In this document: piece by piece, positions 8,821 through 18,095 of the stretch
How positions within the stretch are numbered: the first letter of the stretch is position 1
Layout of the letters: each line of letters starts with the position of its first letter
Source of the DNA: an uncultured Candidatus Rokubacteria bacterium
GTDB lineage: Bacteria > Methylomirabilota > Methylomirabilia > Rokubacteriales > DASRDR01
Assembly: GCA_963708025.1 (NCBI GenBank)
Contig: CAVPSB010000019.1
Coordinates: 160,001 to 224,000, forward strand
DNA: 64,000 nucleotides
Reading direction: 5' to 3'
Translations under genes and position numbers: made by a program
Notes under the pieces: model-generated
The model's input: the letters and a program-made list of their open reading frames with translations, nothing else
What the model was told of the DNA's origin: nothing
The model's database searches: none

Positions 8821-8852
8821 CCTCGGGGGGGTCTCGGAAGCCCCCTTCGAGG
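8821..8852 (+). repeat. Family B hairpin repeat
   Basis: CCTCGGGGGGGTCTCGGAAGCCCCCTTCGAGG, 4 nt after a TGA stop. Confidence 0.7.
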
Positions 8853-8862
8853 TCGTGAATCG

Positions 8863-9861
8863 GTGAAAGCAATGCTCGTGCGCCGCCCGGCCCCGATCCA
8901 CTCGCGGCCGCTCGAGCCGACCGAGGTCCCGGCGCCTATCCCGGGGGCGGGTGAGCTCCTCGTCCGCGTGCTCGCCTGCGCGATCTGCCGGACCGACCTC
9001 CACGTCATCGAGGGCGAGCTGCCGCCCCGCCGCCTGCCGCTCATCCCCGGCCACCAGGCGGTCGGCCTCGTCGAGGCCCTCGGCTCCGACGCCGCCCGCT
9101 TTGGCCCGGGCGACCGGGTCGGCATCGCCTGGCTCCGCCACACCGACGGGACCTGCGCCTTCTGCCGGGCCGGCGCCGAGAACCTGTGCGAGGCCTCGCG
9201 CTACACGGGCTACCACGCCGACGGCGGCTACGCCGAGCTGGCCGTCGTTCCCGCAGCGTTCGCCTACCCGATCCCGCCGGCGTTCTCGGACCTCGACGCG
9301 GCGCCCCTCCTCTGCGCGGGGATCATCGGCTATCGGGCGCTCCGCCGGAGCGAGGTGCCGCGCGGCGGGCGGCTCGGCCTGTACGGCTTCGGCTCCTCGG
9401 CTCACGTGGTGCTCCAGATCGCCCGCCATCGCGGGTCGGAGGTCTTCGTCGCCACCCGGGGCGAGGGCCACCGCGCGCTCGCCCGTCGTCTCGGCGCGGC
9501 CTGGGTCGGCGAGTCCACCGCCGCGATGCCGGTCGCCCTCGACGCCGCCATCGTCTTCGCCCCGGCCGGCGAGCTCGTTCCGGTCGCGCTCCGCGCGATC
9601 CGGAAGGGCGGGCGGGTCGTGCTGGCCGGCATCCACATGACGCCGGTGCCGGCGATGGAGTATGCCGAACATCTCTTCCACGAGAAGACGCTGACGAGCG
9701 TCGAGGCCAACACGCGCACCGACGGCGAGGAGCTCCTGCGGGAGGCGGCCGCGATCCCGATCCGGCCGGCCGTCACCCCGTTCCCGCTCGCCGAGGCGAA
9801 CGAGGCGCTGATCCGCTTGAAGGACGACCGGATCGACGGGACGGGCGTCCTGCTGCCGTGA
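8863..9861 (+). CDS. Zinc-dependent alcohol dehydrogenase family protein
   Basis: CAICRTDLH, IPGHQAVG, CAFCRAGAENLC, APLLCAGIIGYRAL, GLYGFGSSAH. Confidence 0.93.
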   Translation: MKAMLVRRPAPIHSRPLEPTEVPAPIPGAGELLVRVLACAICRTDLHVIEGELPPRRLPLIPGHQAVGLVEALGSDAARFGPGDRVGIAWLRHTDGTCAFCRAGAENLCEASRYTGYHADGGYAELAVVPAAFAYPIPPAFSDLDAAPLLCAGIIGYRALRRSEVPRGGRLGLYGFGSSAHVVLQIARHRGSEVFVATRGEGHRALARRLGAAWVGESTAAMPVALDAAIVFAPAGELVPVALRAIRKGGRVVLAGIHMTPVPAMEYAEHLFHEKTLTSVEANTRTDGEELLREAAAIPIRPAVTPFPLAEANEALIRLKDDRIDGTGVLLP

Positions 9862-9877
9862 TCGAAGGGAGATAAGG

Positions 9878-10312
9878 ATGAAGCCGCTGCCGCATCACTA
9901 CCAGGCTCGACTGACCGGTGGGCCGACCGGGTACGCGACGGTGTCGGTTGCCGGCGTGCCCGACCTCCGCTCGGCGCCGCCCGCCGACTTCGACGGGCCC
10001 GGTGACGCGTGGAGCCCCGAGCACCTCGTGCTCGCCGCCGTCCAGACCTGCTTCCTCTTCACGCTGCGCGCCGTTGCCCGGGCCTCCCGGATCGATTTCC
10101 ACGCGCTCGAGCTCTCGGCCGAGGGGACGGTTGACCGACAGGACGGCGGGGTGCGCTTCACCGAGATCGTGCTCCGGCCGCGGCTCACCCTCGCGCCCGG
10201 AGCCGATCGGGACCGCGCGTTGCGGGTGATGGAGAAGAGCGAGAAGACCTGCCTGGTGTCCGCTTCCCTGGCGACCGCGATCCGGCTCGAGCCGGAGATC
10301 GTGAGCGGATAG
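9878..10312 (+). CDS. OsmC-family protein
   Basis: PPADFDGPGDAWSPEHLVLAAVQTC...SEKTCLVSASL. Confidence 0.88.
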   Translation: MKPLPHHYQARLTGGPTGYATVSVAGVPDLRSAPPADFDGPGDAWSPEHLVLAAVQTCFLFTLRAVARASRIDFHALELSAEGTVDRQDGGVRFTEIVLRPRLTLAPGADRDRALRVMEKSEKTCLVSASLATAIRLEPEIVSG

Positions 10313-10329
10313 ACCCCCCGAAGTCCGCA

Positions 10330-10461
10330 GTTCGGGACCTCCCGCCCACCCGATCCTTCGACGGCCTTCGGCCTTTGGCCCCCCTCCCCGACCGTTGGAC
10401 GGCCTTCGGCCTTTGGCCGGGGGGGAGGGGGGAGTCGGAGGACCCACTCCTTCACAGCTTC
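10330..10461. repeat. Family A palindromic repeat with two nested C modules
   Basis: GTTCGGGACCTCCCGCCCACC...GGGGAGGGGGGAGTCGGAGGACCCACTCCTTCACA; near-identical reverse complement at 14594-14720. Confidence 0.85.
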
Positions 10462-10935
10462 TCAGTACCGGGCCCAGTACCCCGGCTGCCACGCCCAGGC
10501 GTAGCCGGTCCAGACCCAGTGGCCCGGGACCCAGACCGTGCGCGCCGCCGGGTACGGGTAGTAGGGATAGTTGGGGTAGTTAGGAGGGTAATACGGATCG
10601 TACCACCCCGGGGGTCGGCTCCAGCCCGGTGGCCGCCCTCCGTGACGGTCCCAGTCCGGTGACTGGCCACCCCAGTGGCGCGGCTGATCCGGAACGGAGT
10701 AGGCCTGCGGCGGCTGGGACGGCCCGGGCACCCCCCGGCTCGGCGGCGGCCCGTCTCCTGGTCGGCCGTGCACGCCCCCGAGGTCGGAGCCGGGTGGCTG
10801 GGTCGGCGCGGGCAGGAGCTGTCCCGGGCCCATCCCGGGACGCTGGGGCTGCATCGGGTTGCTCTGGGCCAGCGCCAGGACCGGGATGCCGAGCAGCACG
10901 ACCAGCACGGCTGTGACGCTTCGGATGGTGTTCAT
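10462..10935 (-). CDS. Secreted Pro/Gly-rich protein with a C-terminal YXWGXW-type repeat
   Basis: Signal peptide MNTIRSVTAVLVVLLGIPVLALAQ; C-terminus VWVPGHWVWTGYAWAWQPGYW; GGGAGG RBS. Confidence 0.75.
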   Translation of the reverse strand: MNTIRSVTAVLVVLLGIPVLALAQSNPMQPQRPGMGPGQLLPAPTQPPGSDLGGVHGRPGDGPPPSRGVPGPSQPPQAYSVPDQPRHWGGQSPDWDRHGGRPPGWSRPPGWYDPYYPPNYPNYPYYPYPAARTVWVPGHWVWTGYAWAWQPGYWARY

Positions 10936-10960
10936 TGCTGCCTCCCTCGGTTCCGATTCC

Positions 10961-10990
10961 ATCTTATCCGCTGGATCGGTTGGACGGCAA
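10961..10990 (-). promoter_or_regulatory. Putative sigma70 promoter
   Basis: TTGCCG-18 nt-TAAGAT upstream of the 10935 start. Confidence 0.5.
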
Positions 10991-11079
10991 ACGGCGCGAA
11001 GCCGATCGAGCCGGTCGAGCGCAGCGACCCGGATCCACAGAGCGCCCGAGCGGTCAGCGTCCGTGAACCAATGCCGGGG

Positions 11080-11221
11080 GCTCCTGTTCCCGCCGCCCAT
11101 CGGCTTCTCGCAACCCACTGGCCCAGGCCACGCGGCCGCGGTGTTCCACTTCGAGCCGCGGCTCCGCCGCGGCCTCCGAGGGGGAGCCTCGGGGGGGTCT
11201 TCCGAGACCCCCCCGAGGCTC
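11080..11221 (-). repeat. Family B long repeat (about 140 bp)
   Basis: Perfect hairpin AGCCTCGGGGGGGTCT-TCCG-AGACCCCCCCGAGGCT at 11185-11220; the tail matches 52080-52160 in reverse complement. Confidence 0.8.
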
Positions 11222-11683
11222 TCAGCGCCCCCGCACGGTCAGCACCGGGCAGGTGGCCATCGCCAGCACCCGGGCGGCGACGCTGCCCAGGAACAGCCGG
11301 GCGAGCCCGGTCCGTCCGTGGGTCCCGATGACGAGGAGGTCGGCCCGCTTCGACTTCGCGGCGCGCACGATCGCCTCGTGCGGGGTGCCGGCCAGCAGGA
11401 GGCCACTGACCTGGACGCCGCCCGTGCGGGCTCGGGCCAGGAGGCGGTCGAGCTGTTTCTGAGCGGCCACCCGGATCGCGGCCTCCATCTGCTCGTACGT
11501 CTCGGGCAGCACGAAGCCCTCCCCGGCGGTGACGGGCACGACCGGAGCCAGGACGTGCACGATCGTCAGCGCCGCCCGGTTGGCCCGGGCGACGTCGACC
11601 GCGACCGCGGAGGCCTTCCGGGAGGCAGCCGAGAAATCGGTCGCGTGCAGGACGTCGTGGAACAGGGCCGTTCGCGATGGCAT
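11222..11683 (-). CDS. Universal stress protein (single domain)
   Basis: VLHATDFS...LLVIGTHGRTGLARLFLGSVAARVLAMATCPVLTVR. Confidence 0.94.
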   Translation of the reverse strand: MPSRTALFHDVLHATDFSAASRKASAVAVDVARANRAALTIVHVLAPVVPVTAGEGFVLPETYEQMEAAIRVAAQKQLDRLLARARTGGVQVSGLLLAGTPHEAIVRAAKSKRADLLVIGTHGRTGLARLFLGSVAARVLAMATCPVLTVRGR

Positions 11684-11789
11684 GAGGGGCTCTCCTTCTT
11701 CGAATGCCGACCCGATTGGGGTGCGGCGATCGAATCCTGAGGCGGGCCCGGGCGACGCGCGCTCCGAGGCGTTCCGCGCGGGCCCACGC

Positions 11790-12977
11790 TCACTGGGGCC
11801 GCGAAGGTGTCCCGACAGGGACCGCCCGGCGCGGGTGGCGCCCGGCCGGCGCCTGCAGGCCGAGATTCGAGATGTCGCCCGGGAGCAGCGGCCGCTCCGG
11901 GAGCTTGTACTCGACCTCCCGGTACTCGCCCTCGCGGAAGACCATCAGCCGGAGCGTGTCGCCGACCTTCAGCCCGCGCGTCACCTCGAGGAGCCGCTCG
12001 GTGGAGTCGAGCCGCGTCCCGTTGACGCTGGTCACGACGTCCCCCCCCAGGAGGTACTCCCGGCCGGCCACGACCAGCTCGAGCTGGCCGCCGCGGAGCC
12101 CGGCCTTCTGCGCCGGGCTGTTCGGCTCGATCACCTCGATCAGCAGGCCCTCGACCAGGGGGGCGCGGAGCAGGTCGCGCAGTTCGTCGCCGACGAGCTG
12201 ACCGTGAAAGCCGATCCAGGGCCGGATGAACCGGCCCTTTTCCACGAGCGACGGGAGCACGAGCTTGACCAGGTTGCTCGGGATCGCGAAGCCGATGTTC
12301 CGCGCCTCCTGGAGGAGCGCGGTGTTGACGCCGACGACCTCGCCGCAGCGGTTGAGAAGCGGTCCCCCGGAGTTGCCGGGGTTGATCGGGGCGTCGGTCT
12401 GGATGAGCGGCTCCTGAACGGAGAACGGCGTGTCGGGAAGGATCCGGTTGAGTGCCGACACGACGCCCCGGGTGAGGGTCTGCTCGAGCCCGAGCGGGTT
12501 CCCGATCGCGAGCACCTCCTCGCCGACCCGGAGGCGATCGGAATCACCGAGCGGGAGCGCGGTCAGCTGGGTCTTGTCGGGCACCGGGATGCGCAGCACC
12601 GCCAGGTCGAAGATCGGGTCGGCTCCCACGACCTCCGCGGGCAGGGCGGTGCCGTCGTCGAGCGTGACCCGGAGAGACTGGCGCCCGAACGCGACGTGGG
12701 CGTTGGTGACGACGAGGCCGGAGGCGTGGACGACGAACCCGGAGCCCACCACGTGCGTGACCCGATCGGCGAGCTTGTGGGGGTTGATCGAGGTCGCCCC
12801 GACGAAGACCACCGCCGATGACGCCCGGTCGTAGATGTCCGGGACCGACTCCGCGCAGCGCTCCGAGCGCTCGGCGGCGGCCCCGGGCCGCGCTGCGCTG
12901 CACGCGGCCAGCAGGACGAGGAGTGGCAGCAGCGCGAGCGAACACGCCCGGCGGGGCGTGAGGATGTGGCCAGCCAT
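11790..12977 (-). CDS. HtrA/DegP-like trypsin serine protease with PDZ domain, probable lipoprotein
   Basis: VTNAHV, DLAVL and INPGNSGGPL triad motifs; PDZ domain; lipobox-like LLAAC. Confidence 0.92.
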   Translation of the reverse strand: MAGHILTPRRACSLALLPLLVLLAACSAARPGAAAERSERCAESVPDIYDRASSAVVFVGATSINPHKLADRVTHVVGSGFVVHASGLVVTNAHVAFGRQSLRVTLDDGTALPAEVVGADPIFDLAVLRIPVPDKTQLTALPLGDSDRLRVGEEVLAIGNPLGLEQTLTRGVVSALNRILPDTPFSVQEPLIQTDAPINPGNSGGPLLNRCGEVVGVNTALLQEARNIGFAIPSNLVKLVLPSLVEKGRFIRPWIGFHGQLVGDELRDLLRAPLVEGLLIEVIEPNSPAQKAGLRGGQLELVVAGREYLLGGDVVTSVNGTRLDSTERLLEVTRGLKVGDTLRLMVFREGEYREVEYKLPERPLLPGDISNLGLQAPAGRHPRRAVPVGTPSRPQ

Positions 12978-13134
12978 GGGCGAACCTCCCGGGTCGAGGC
13001 GCCGGGACGGCCCGGGGCCGCCGCCGGTCGCGTTGTCGCGCGGGGTGCCCGGCCTCGGCCGACCGCCCGCTCTGGACCATCGTAACCCCTACCGGTGTGT
13101 CCACCTCAGTCGCCCGGGGTGACCACGCATTAGA

Positions 13135-13240
13135 CTAGTTCCGTTCCAACTTGTCCAGCTAGTGCTTTCGGGGAATGCGGCAAGTCCGTGCTGCGAGAAT
13201 TGCTTGCCCATTTTGGCCCATGTAGTTGGAACGGCACTAG
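13135..13240. mobile_element. MITE-like element, family M1 copy 2
   Basis: CTAG-TTCCGTTCCAACT...AGTTGGAACGGCA-CTAG; the interior aligns with 633-739. Confidence 0.85.
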
Positions 13241-13845
13241 GACTGGGTGGCGCCGCCTTCGCTCTGCGTCCGCGCGCGGTGTCGGGTCACGATGTGGCGC
13301 TGGAAGCGGAAGGCGTTCTCGGGGAGCGCGAGGTCCATGTGGTACTGGTCCGGTCCCACCGCCTCCACCCGGGCGACGATGGTGCAGAGCTCGTCCGCTT
13401 CGAAGGCCTCGGCCACGGCTTCCATGAACTGGTAGAGCGTGCTGGCCTCCAGCACCCGCGGGCACCCGGCGGCGCGGGCGACGCCGGCGAGGTTGACCCG
13501 GCCGCCGGCGGTGTGGGAGGCGAAGCCGCCGGTCGAGAGCAGGCTCTCGTTGTCGAAGACGATGTGGGTCAGGTTCGGCGGCCGGTAGCGGCCGAGCGTC
13601 GCCAGGCCCCCCAGGTTCATGAGGATGGAGCCGTCGCCGTCGAGCACGACGACGCGCTCTTCCGGCCGGTTGAGGGCGACCCCGAGCCCGATCGACGAGG
13701 CCAGCCCCATCGCGTGCTGGAGGTAGAAGAAGGTCTCCCGGTGTCCCAGGTCGTAGAGCTCCTGGGCGGTCGCCCCCATGATCGTCACGACCAGCCGATC
13801 CCCCAGCTCGGGATAGAGCGCCCCCAGGCAGTCCGCCCGCTTCAC
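13237..13845 (-). CDS. TPP-dependent decarboxylase beta subunit (ComE/sulfopyruvate or phosphonopyruvate decarboxylase-like)
   Basis: MGLASSIGLG, VLDGDGSILMNLG...IVFDN TPP motif; GTG start at 13845 preferred. Confidence 0.82.
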   Translation of the reverse strand: MKRADCLGALYPELGDRLVVTIMGATAQELYDLGHRETFFYLQHAMGLASSIGLGVALNRPEERVVVLDGDGSILMNLGGLATLGRYRPPNLTHIVFDNESLLSTGGFASHTAGGRVNLAGVARAAGCPRVLEASTLYQFMEAVAEAFEADELCTIVARVEAVGPDQYHMDLALPENAFRFQRHIVTRHRARTQSEGGATQS

Positions 13846-13903
13846 CGGCGCTCTTCGTGGCTCACGTGGCACCACGCGCTCGACGACATGCTCCGAGGAG
13901 CTC

Positions 13904-14413
13904 CTAGTCTTCCATGAGGTCGCGGCTGAGGAGGAGGGCCACCGGCCCGAGTGACGACCAGGCCAGGGTCTGGGCCTCGCCGATCTGCTGGCCGACGCGG
14001 GAGGGGTCGCGAGCGTACTCGAAGGGGAGGCCGAGGGCGCGGAGCACCGGCTCGGTCAGGATTCCTCCCTGGGTGTGCCAGGGGTAGGGCTCGCCCCAGT
14101 GGCCGCGATGCGCGACCAGCATGACGAGCGGAATGCGGTAAGAGAGCGCCAGCGAGACGATCCCGTTGATCGACGCCAGGAACCCGTGGTTCTGCAGCAG
14201 GAGGGCGTTGCGCGCCCCCCCGAAGTAGGCGCCGGCGGCGATGCCGATCGCCTCCTCCTCCTTGGCGACCTCGACCAGGGTCATCTCGGGGTCGTCGTCG
14301 GCGAGCTGCAGGAGGTAGACGAGCCACGTCTCCGGCAGCGCGGTGAGGAAGCGGATGCCGGCGGACTTGATGCCCTGGTAGATGGCCTTGGAGTTGTCGC
14401 GCGAGACGGTCAT
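13904..14413 (-). CDS. TPP-dependent decarboxylase alpha subunit (ComD-like)
   Basis: KEEEAIGIAAGAYFGG...LLQNHG...IPLVMLVAHRG. Confidence 0.82.
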   Translation of the reverse strand: MTVSRDNSKAIYQGIKSAGIRFLTALPETWLVYLLQLADDDPEMTLVEVAKEEEAIGIAAGAYFGGARNALLLQNHGFLASINGIVSLALSYRIPLVMLVAHRGHWGEPYPWHTQGGILTEPVLRALGLPFEYARDPSRVGQQIGEAQTLAWSSLGPVALLLSRDLMED

Positions 14414-14455
14414 GGCTGTCGCCGGGCGGCCGCCCGACGGTGGCCGCCCCCCGCG

Positions 14456-14487
14456 ATGCTGGCGTCACCGGGCAACCTTGTCAAGGT
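14456..14487 (-). promoter_or_regulatory. Putative sigma70 promoter for the comD/E-like pair
   Basis: TTGACA-17 nt-CAGCAT; the -35 is embedded in the palindrome ACCTTG-T-CAAGGT. Confidence 0.5.
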
Positions 14488-14593
14488 CGTCCCCCCGGCG
14501 AGGGAGAGCCCCGGCCCGCCGGTGGCTCGGTGGTATCCGGCCCCCGCGCGGACTATCCTCTTCCGCGTGGACTCCAGGGGGTGCGCTGCGAGC

Positions 14594-14720
14594 GTGAAGG
14601 AGTGGGGTCCTCCGGCCTCCCCCTCCCCCCCGGCCAAAGGCCGAAGGCCGTCCAACGGTCGGGGAGGGGGGCCAAAGGCCGAAGGCCGTCGAAGGATCGG
14701 GTGGGCGGGAGGTTTCGAAC
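14594..14720. repeat. Family A repeat (reverse orientation) with nested C modules
   Basis: Reverse complement of 10330-10456. Confidence 0.85.
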
Positions 14721-14724
14721 AAGC

Positions 14725-15438
14725 ATGATCGACCGGGCCCGCGCCTTCGGGCGGCTCGGGCGCCGCGAGGCCTGGCTCCTCGTCGCGGCGCTGGCCGTCG
14801 TCCTCGCCATCTGGGGCTTCGCCGAGCTCGCCGACGAGGTCATCGAGGGGAGCACGGGCGGGCTCGACGACCGCCTGCTCCGGCTGATGCGGCGCCCGGA
14901 CGACCCGGCGCGGCCGATCGGACCGGGCTGGCTGGCCGATGCGGCCCGGGACCTGACGGCGCTCGGCAGCGCGCCGGTCCTGGTCCTCGTCGTGCTGGCG
15001 ACCCTCGGCTATCTTGCCTTCGAGCGAAAGGGCCCCGAGATGGCGCTGCTCGTGGCGGCGGTCGGAGGCGGAACCCTGCTCAGCACGCTCCTGAAGGAGC
15101 TGTTCGATCGGGGTCGGCCCGAGGTCGTGCCCCGTCTGGCCCCGGTGGTCACCTCGAGCTTCCCCAGCGGGCACTCGATGCTGGCGGCGGTGGTCTACCT
15201 GACGTTGGGGGTCCTGCTCGCCCGCGTCGCGGCCCGGCGTCGCGTCAAGACCTACGTCCTCGGGCTCGCGATGCTCGTCGCGCTGCTGGTCGGCGTGACC
15301 CGCGTCTACCTCGGCGTCCACTATCCCACCGACGTCCTGGCCGGCTGGTCGGCCGGCCTGGCGTGGGCACTCCTCTGCTGGGTGGTCGCGCGCCTCCTGC
15401 AGCTCCGCGGCGCCATCACGGACGACGCCGCGGGCTGA
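14725..15438 (+). CDS. PAP2-family phosphatase
   Basis: LKELFDRGRP, SFPSGHS, TRVYLGVHYPTDVLAG. Confidence 0.92.
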   Translation: MIDRARAFGRLGRREAWLLVAALAVVLAIWGFAELADEVIEGSTGGLDDRLLRLMRRPDDPARPIGPGWLADAARDLTALGSAPVLVLVVLATLGYLAFERKGPEMALLVAAVGGGTLLSTLLKELFDRGRPEVVPRLAPVVTSSFPSGHSMLAAVVYLTLGVLLARVAARRRVKTYVLGLAMLVALLVGVTRVYLGVHYPTDVLAGWSAGLAWALLCWVVARLLQLRGAITDDAAG

Positions 15439-15444
15439 AGCTCG

Positions 15445-15533
15445 GTTCGGGACCTCCCGCCCACCCCCCCAGCCCCCCTCCCCACCCACCGGGGGAGGGG
15501 GAGCCGAAGAACCCTATTCCTTCACACGCTCTG
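15445..15533. repeat. Family A repeat (short form) overlapping the hemL 3' end
   Basis: GTTCGGGACCTCCCGCCCACC...CCTCCCCACCCACCGGGGGAGGGG...TTCCTTCACACGCTCT. Confidence 0.8.
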
Positions 15534-16797
15534 AAAAGGCCGCGCGGGCGGCCTCCACGGTGGCGGTCACGTCGTCGGGGGCGTGTGCCAGCGAGAGGAA
15601 CGCCGCCTCGAACTGCGAGGGGGCGAGGTAGACGCCCCGGCCGAGCATCGCGTGGAAGAAGGTCCCGTAGCGGGCGCGGTCGGCCCGGGCGGCGCTCGTC
15701 CAGTCCGTCACCGGCCCCGGCGCGAAGAAGGCCGTCAGCATCGAGCCCACCCGGTTGATCGTCGACGGCACGCGCGCCCGGGCCGCGGCCTCGGCGAGGC
15801 CGGCCTCGAGCGCGGCAGCCCGGGTCTCCAGGGTCTCGTAGACGCCCGGCTCCCGGAGGGCGCGCAGCGTCTCGAGGCCGGCCGCGACCGCCAGCGGGTT
15901 GCCCGACAGCGTGCCGGCCTGGTAGATGCCGCCGAGCGGTGAGACGCACTCCATGATCTCGCGGCGCCCGCCGTAGGCTCCGACCGGGAGCCCGCCGCCG
16001 ATGATCTTGCCCAGGATCGTGAGGTCGGGCGTCACCCCGAAGCGGGCCTGGGCCCCGCCGGGGCCCACGCGGAAGCCCGTGATCACCTCGTCGAAGATCA
16101 AGCAGGCGCCGTGGTGGGCGGTCAGCTCCCGCAGCCCGGCGAGGAAGCCGGGCGCCGGGGGCACGACGCCCATGTTGCCGGCGACGGGCTCGACGATGAC
16201 GGCGGCCACGTCCCGGCCCTCGGCCTCCAGCACGGCTCGCACGGCGTCGAGGTCGTTGTACGCCACGGTGAGCGTGAGGCGCGCCAGATCCGGCGGGACG
16301 CCGAGGCTGTCCGGCACGCCGAACGTCGCCCCGCCGGAGCCCGCCTTCACGAGCAGGCTGTCGGCGTGACCGTGGTAGCACCCCTCGAACTTGACCAGCT
16401 TCGACCGCCCCGTGAAGCCGCGGGCCACGCGGAGCGCGCTCATCGCCGCCTCGGTGCCGGACGACACCAGGCGCAGCATCTCCATCGAGGGCACCGCCGT
16501 CGCGATGGCCCGGGCCAGCTCGACCTCCCCCGGCGTCGGCGCGCCGTAGCTGGTCCCGCGGTCGAGGGCCGCCCGCAGCGCCTCGGTGACGCGCTTGGGC
16601 GCGTGCCCGAGGATCAGCGGCCCCCACGACATCACGTAGTCGAGGTAGCTCCGCCCGTCGACGTCGACGAGCCGGGCGCCCTCGCCGCGGGCCACGAAGA
16701 AGGGCGTGCCCCCGACCCCGCGGAAGGCCCGGACGGGGCTGTTCACGCCGCCCGGCATCAGGCGGGCGGCCTCGGCGAACCACTGCTCTGACGTCAC
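15514..16797 (-). CDS. hemL: Glutamate-1-semialdehyde 2,1-aminomutase
   Basis: [50 protein letters not shown]. Confidence 0.97.
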   Translation of the reverse strand: MTSEQWFAEAARLMPGGVNSPVRAFRGVGGTPFFVARGEGARLVDVDGRSYLDYVMSWGPLILGHAPKRVTEALRAALDRGTSYGAPTPGEVELARAIATAVPSMEMLRLVSSGTEAAMSALRVARGFTGRSKLVKFEGCYHGHADSLLVKAGSGGATFGVPDSLGVPPDLARLTLTVAYNDLDAVRAVLEAEGRDVAAVIVEPVAGNMGVVPPAPGFLAGLRELTAHHGACLIFDEVITGFRVGPGGAQARFGVTPDLTILGKIIGGGLPVGAYGGRREIMECVSPLGGIYQAGTLSGNPLAVAAGLETLRALREPGVYETLETRAAALEAGLAEAAARARVPSTINRVGSMLTAFFAPGPVTDWTSAARADRARYGTFFHAMLGRGVYLAPSQFEAAFLSLAHAPDDVTATVEAARAAFSERVKE

Positions 16798-18095
16798 GAG
16801 TCCTCCTGTCTGTCTTCGTGGCCCTCGGTCTCGCGCTCGAGGCCGAACAGCTCGCGGACCAGCGCGCGGAGACCCGCGCCCCCCGGCGCGGCCTGGGCGG
16901 CCTTGAGCTGCTCGATGGGCCCGTGCAGGATCTTGTTCACCAGCGTGGTCGACATCGCGTCCAGCGCGGCTCGCACCTCCGGCCCGCGGTCACCGAGGCG
17001 GGCAGCCGCCCGCTCGACCTCGGCCTGCCGGAGCTCCTCGAGCTTGGTCCGCAGCGAGCGGATCGTGGGGGCCGCCGAGCGGGCGGCGACCGCCTGGCCG
17101 ACCCGCGCCACCGCCTCGGCGATGAGGGCGCGGGCCCGCTCGACCTCGCGCTCGCGCGCCCGGCGGTTCGCCTCGACGACCACCTGGAGGTCGTCGATGT
17201 CGTAGAGGTAGACGTCGGCGATCCGGGTCACCGCACGCTCGACGTTGCGGGGGACGCCCAGGTCGATGATGAAGAGCGGGCGGGGGCGGCTCGCGACCCA
17301 GACCGCGACGTGGGCGTGGGTGACCAGGACGCCCGGGGCAGTGGCCGCACAGATCACGATGTCGGCGGCGGCGGCGTGGCGCTGGAACTCCTCGAAGGGC
17401 ACCGCCTTCCCGCCGGTCTCCCGCGCGATCGACTCGGCCCGCTCGGTCGTGCGGCTCGTGATGACGAGCCGGCTCACGCCGAGGTCGGCGAGGTGCCGGG
17501 CGGCCAGCCCGCCCATCTCGCCGGCTCCGAGGAGCACGACCGAGCGCTCCCGGAGGTCCCCGAAGATCTTGCGACCCAGCTCGACCGCCGCGTAGCTCAC
17601 CGACACGGCGCCGCGCCCGACCTCGGTCTCGGTCCGCACGCGCTTCGCGATCCGGAGCGCCTGGCCGACCGCATCGCCGAGGACCGCCCCGACCGCGCCC
17701 TGGGCGACGGCGATGCCGTGGGCGGCCTTCACCTGGCCGAGGATCTGCGGCTCTCCGACGACCATCGAGTCGAGACCCGCGGCGACGGCGGCCATGTGAG
17801 CGACGGCGTCCAGGCCTCGACGGAGATAGAGGAGGCCACCCAGCTGAGCGGCCGGCGTGCCCGCCCGGGCAGCGAGCCAGGCCGTCACCGCGGCCGGGGC
17901 GTCGGGTGCGCTCCCGACCCCCCACACCTCCACCCGGTTGCACGTGGCGATGAGCAACGCTTCCGCGAGGCCCGTGGTCGCGAGCAGGTCGCCGAGGGCG
18001 GCCGGCAGCGCGGCGTCCGCTACCGCGAGGCGCTCGCGCGTCTCGATCGGCGCCGAGGCGTGATTCAGCCCGATGGCGAGCACCGCGGGGTTCAT
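16794..18095 (-). CDS. hemA: Glutamyl-tRNA reductase
   Basis: [45 protein letters not shown]. Confidence 0.96.
   Translation of the reverse strand: MNPAVLAIGLNHASAPIETRERLAVADAALPAALGDLLATTGLAEALLIATCNRVEVWGVGSAPDAPAAVTAWLAARAGTPAAQLGGLLYLRRGLDAVAHMAAVAAGLDSMVVGEPQILGQVKAAHGIAVAQGAVGAVLGDAVGQALRIAKRVRTETEVGRGAVSVSYAAVELGRKIFGDLRERSVVLLGAGEMGGLAARHLADLGVSRLVITSRTTERAESIARETGGKAVPFEEFQRHAAAADIVICAATAPGVLVTHAHVAVWVASRPRPLFIIDLGVPRNVERAVTRIADVYLYDIDDLQVVVEANRRAREREVERARALIAEAVARVGQAVAARSAAPTIRSLRTKLEELRQAEVERAAARLGDRGPEVRAALDAMSTTLVNKILHGPIEQLKAAQAAPGGAGLRALVRELFGLERETEGHEDRQEDS

Noticed and set aside
13846-13903. Weak inverted repeat between the comD- and comE-like genes
   Set aside because: An 8/10 match in GC-rich DNA is expected by chance, and there is no second copy.
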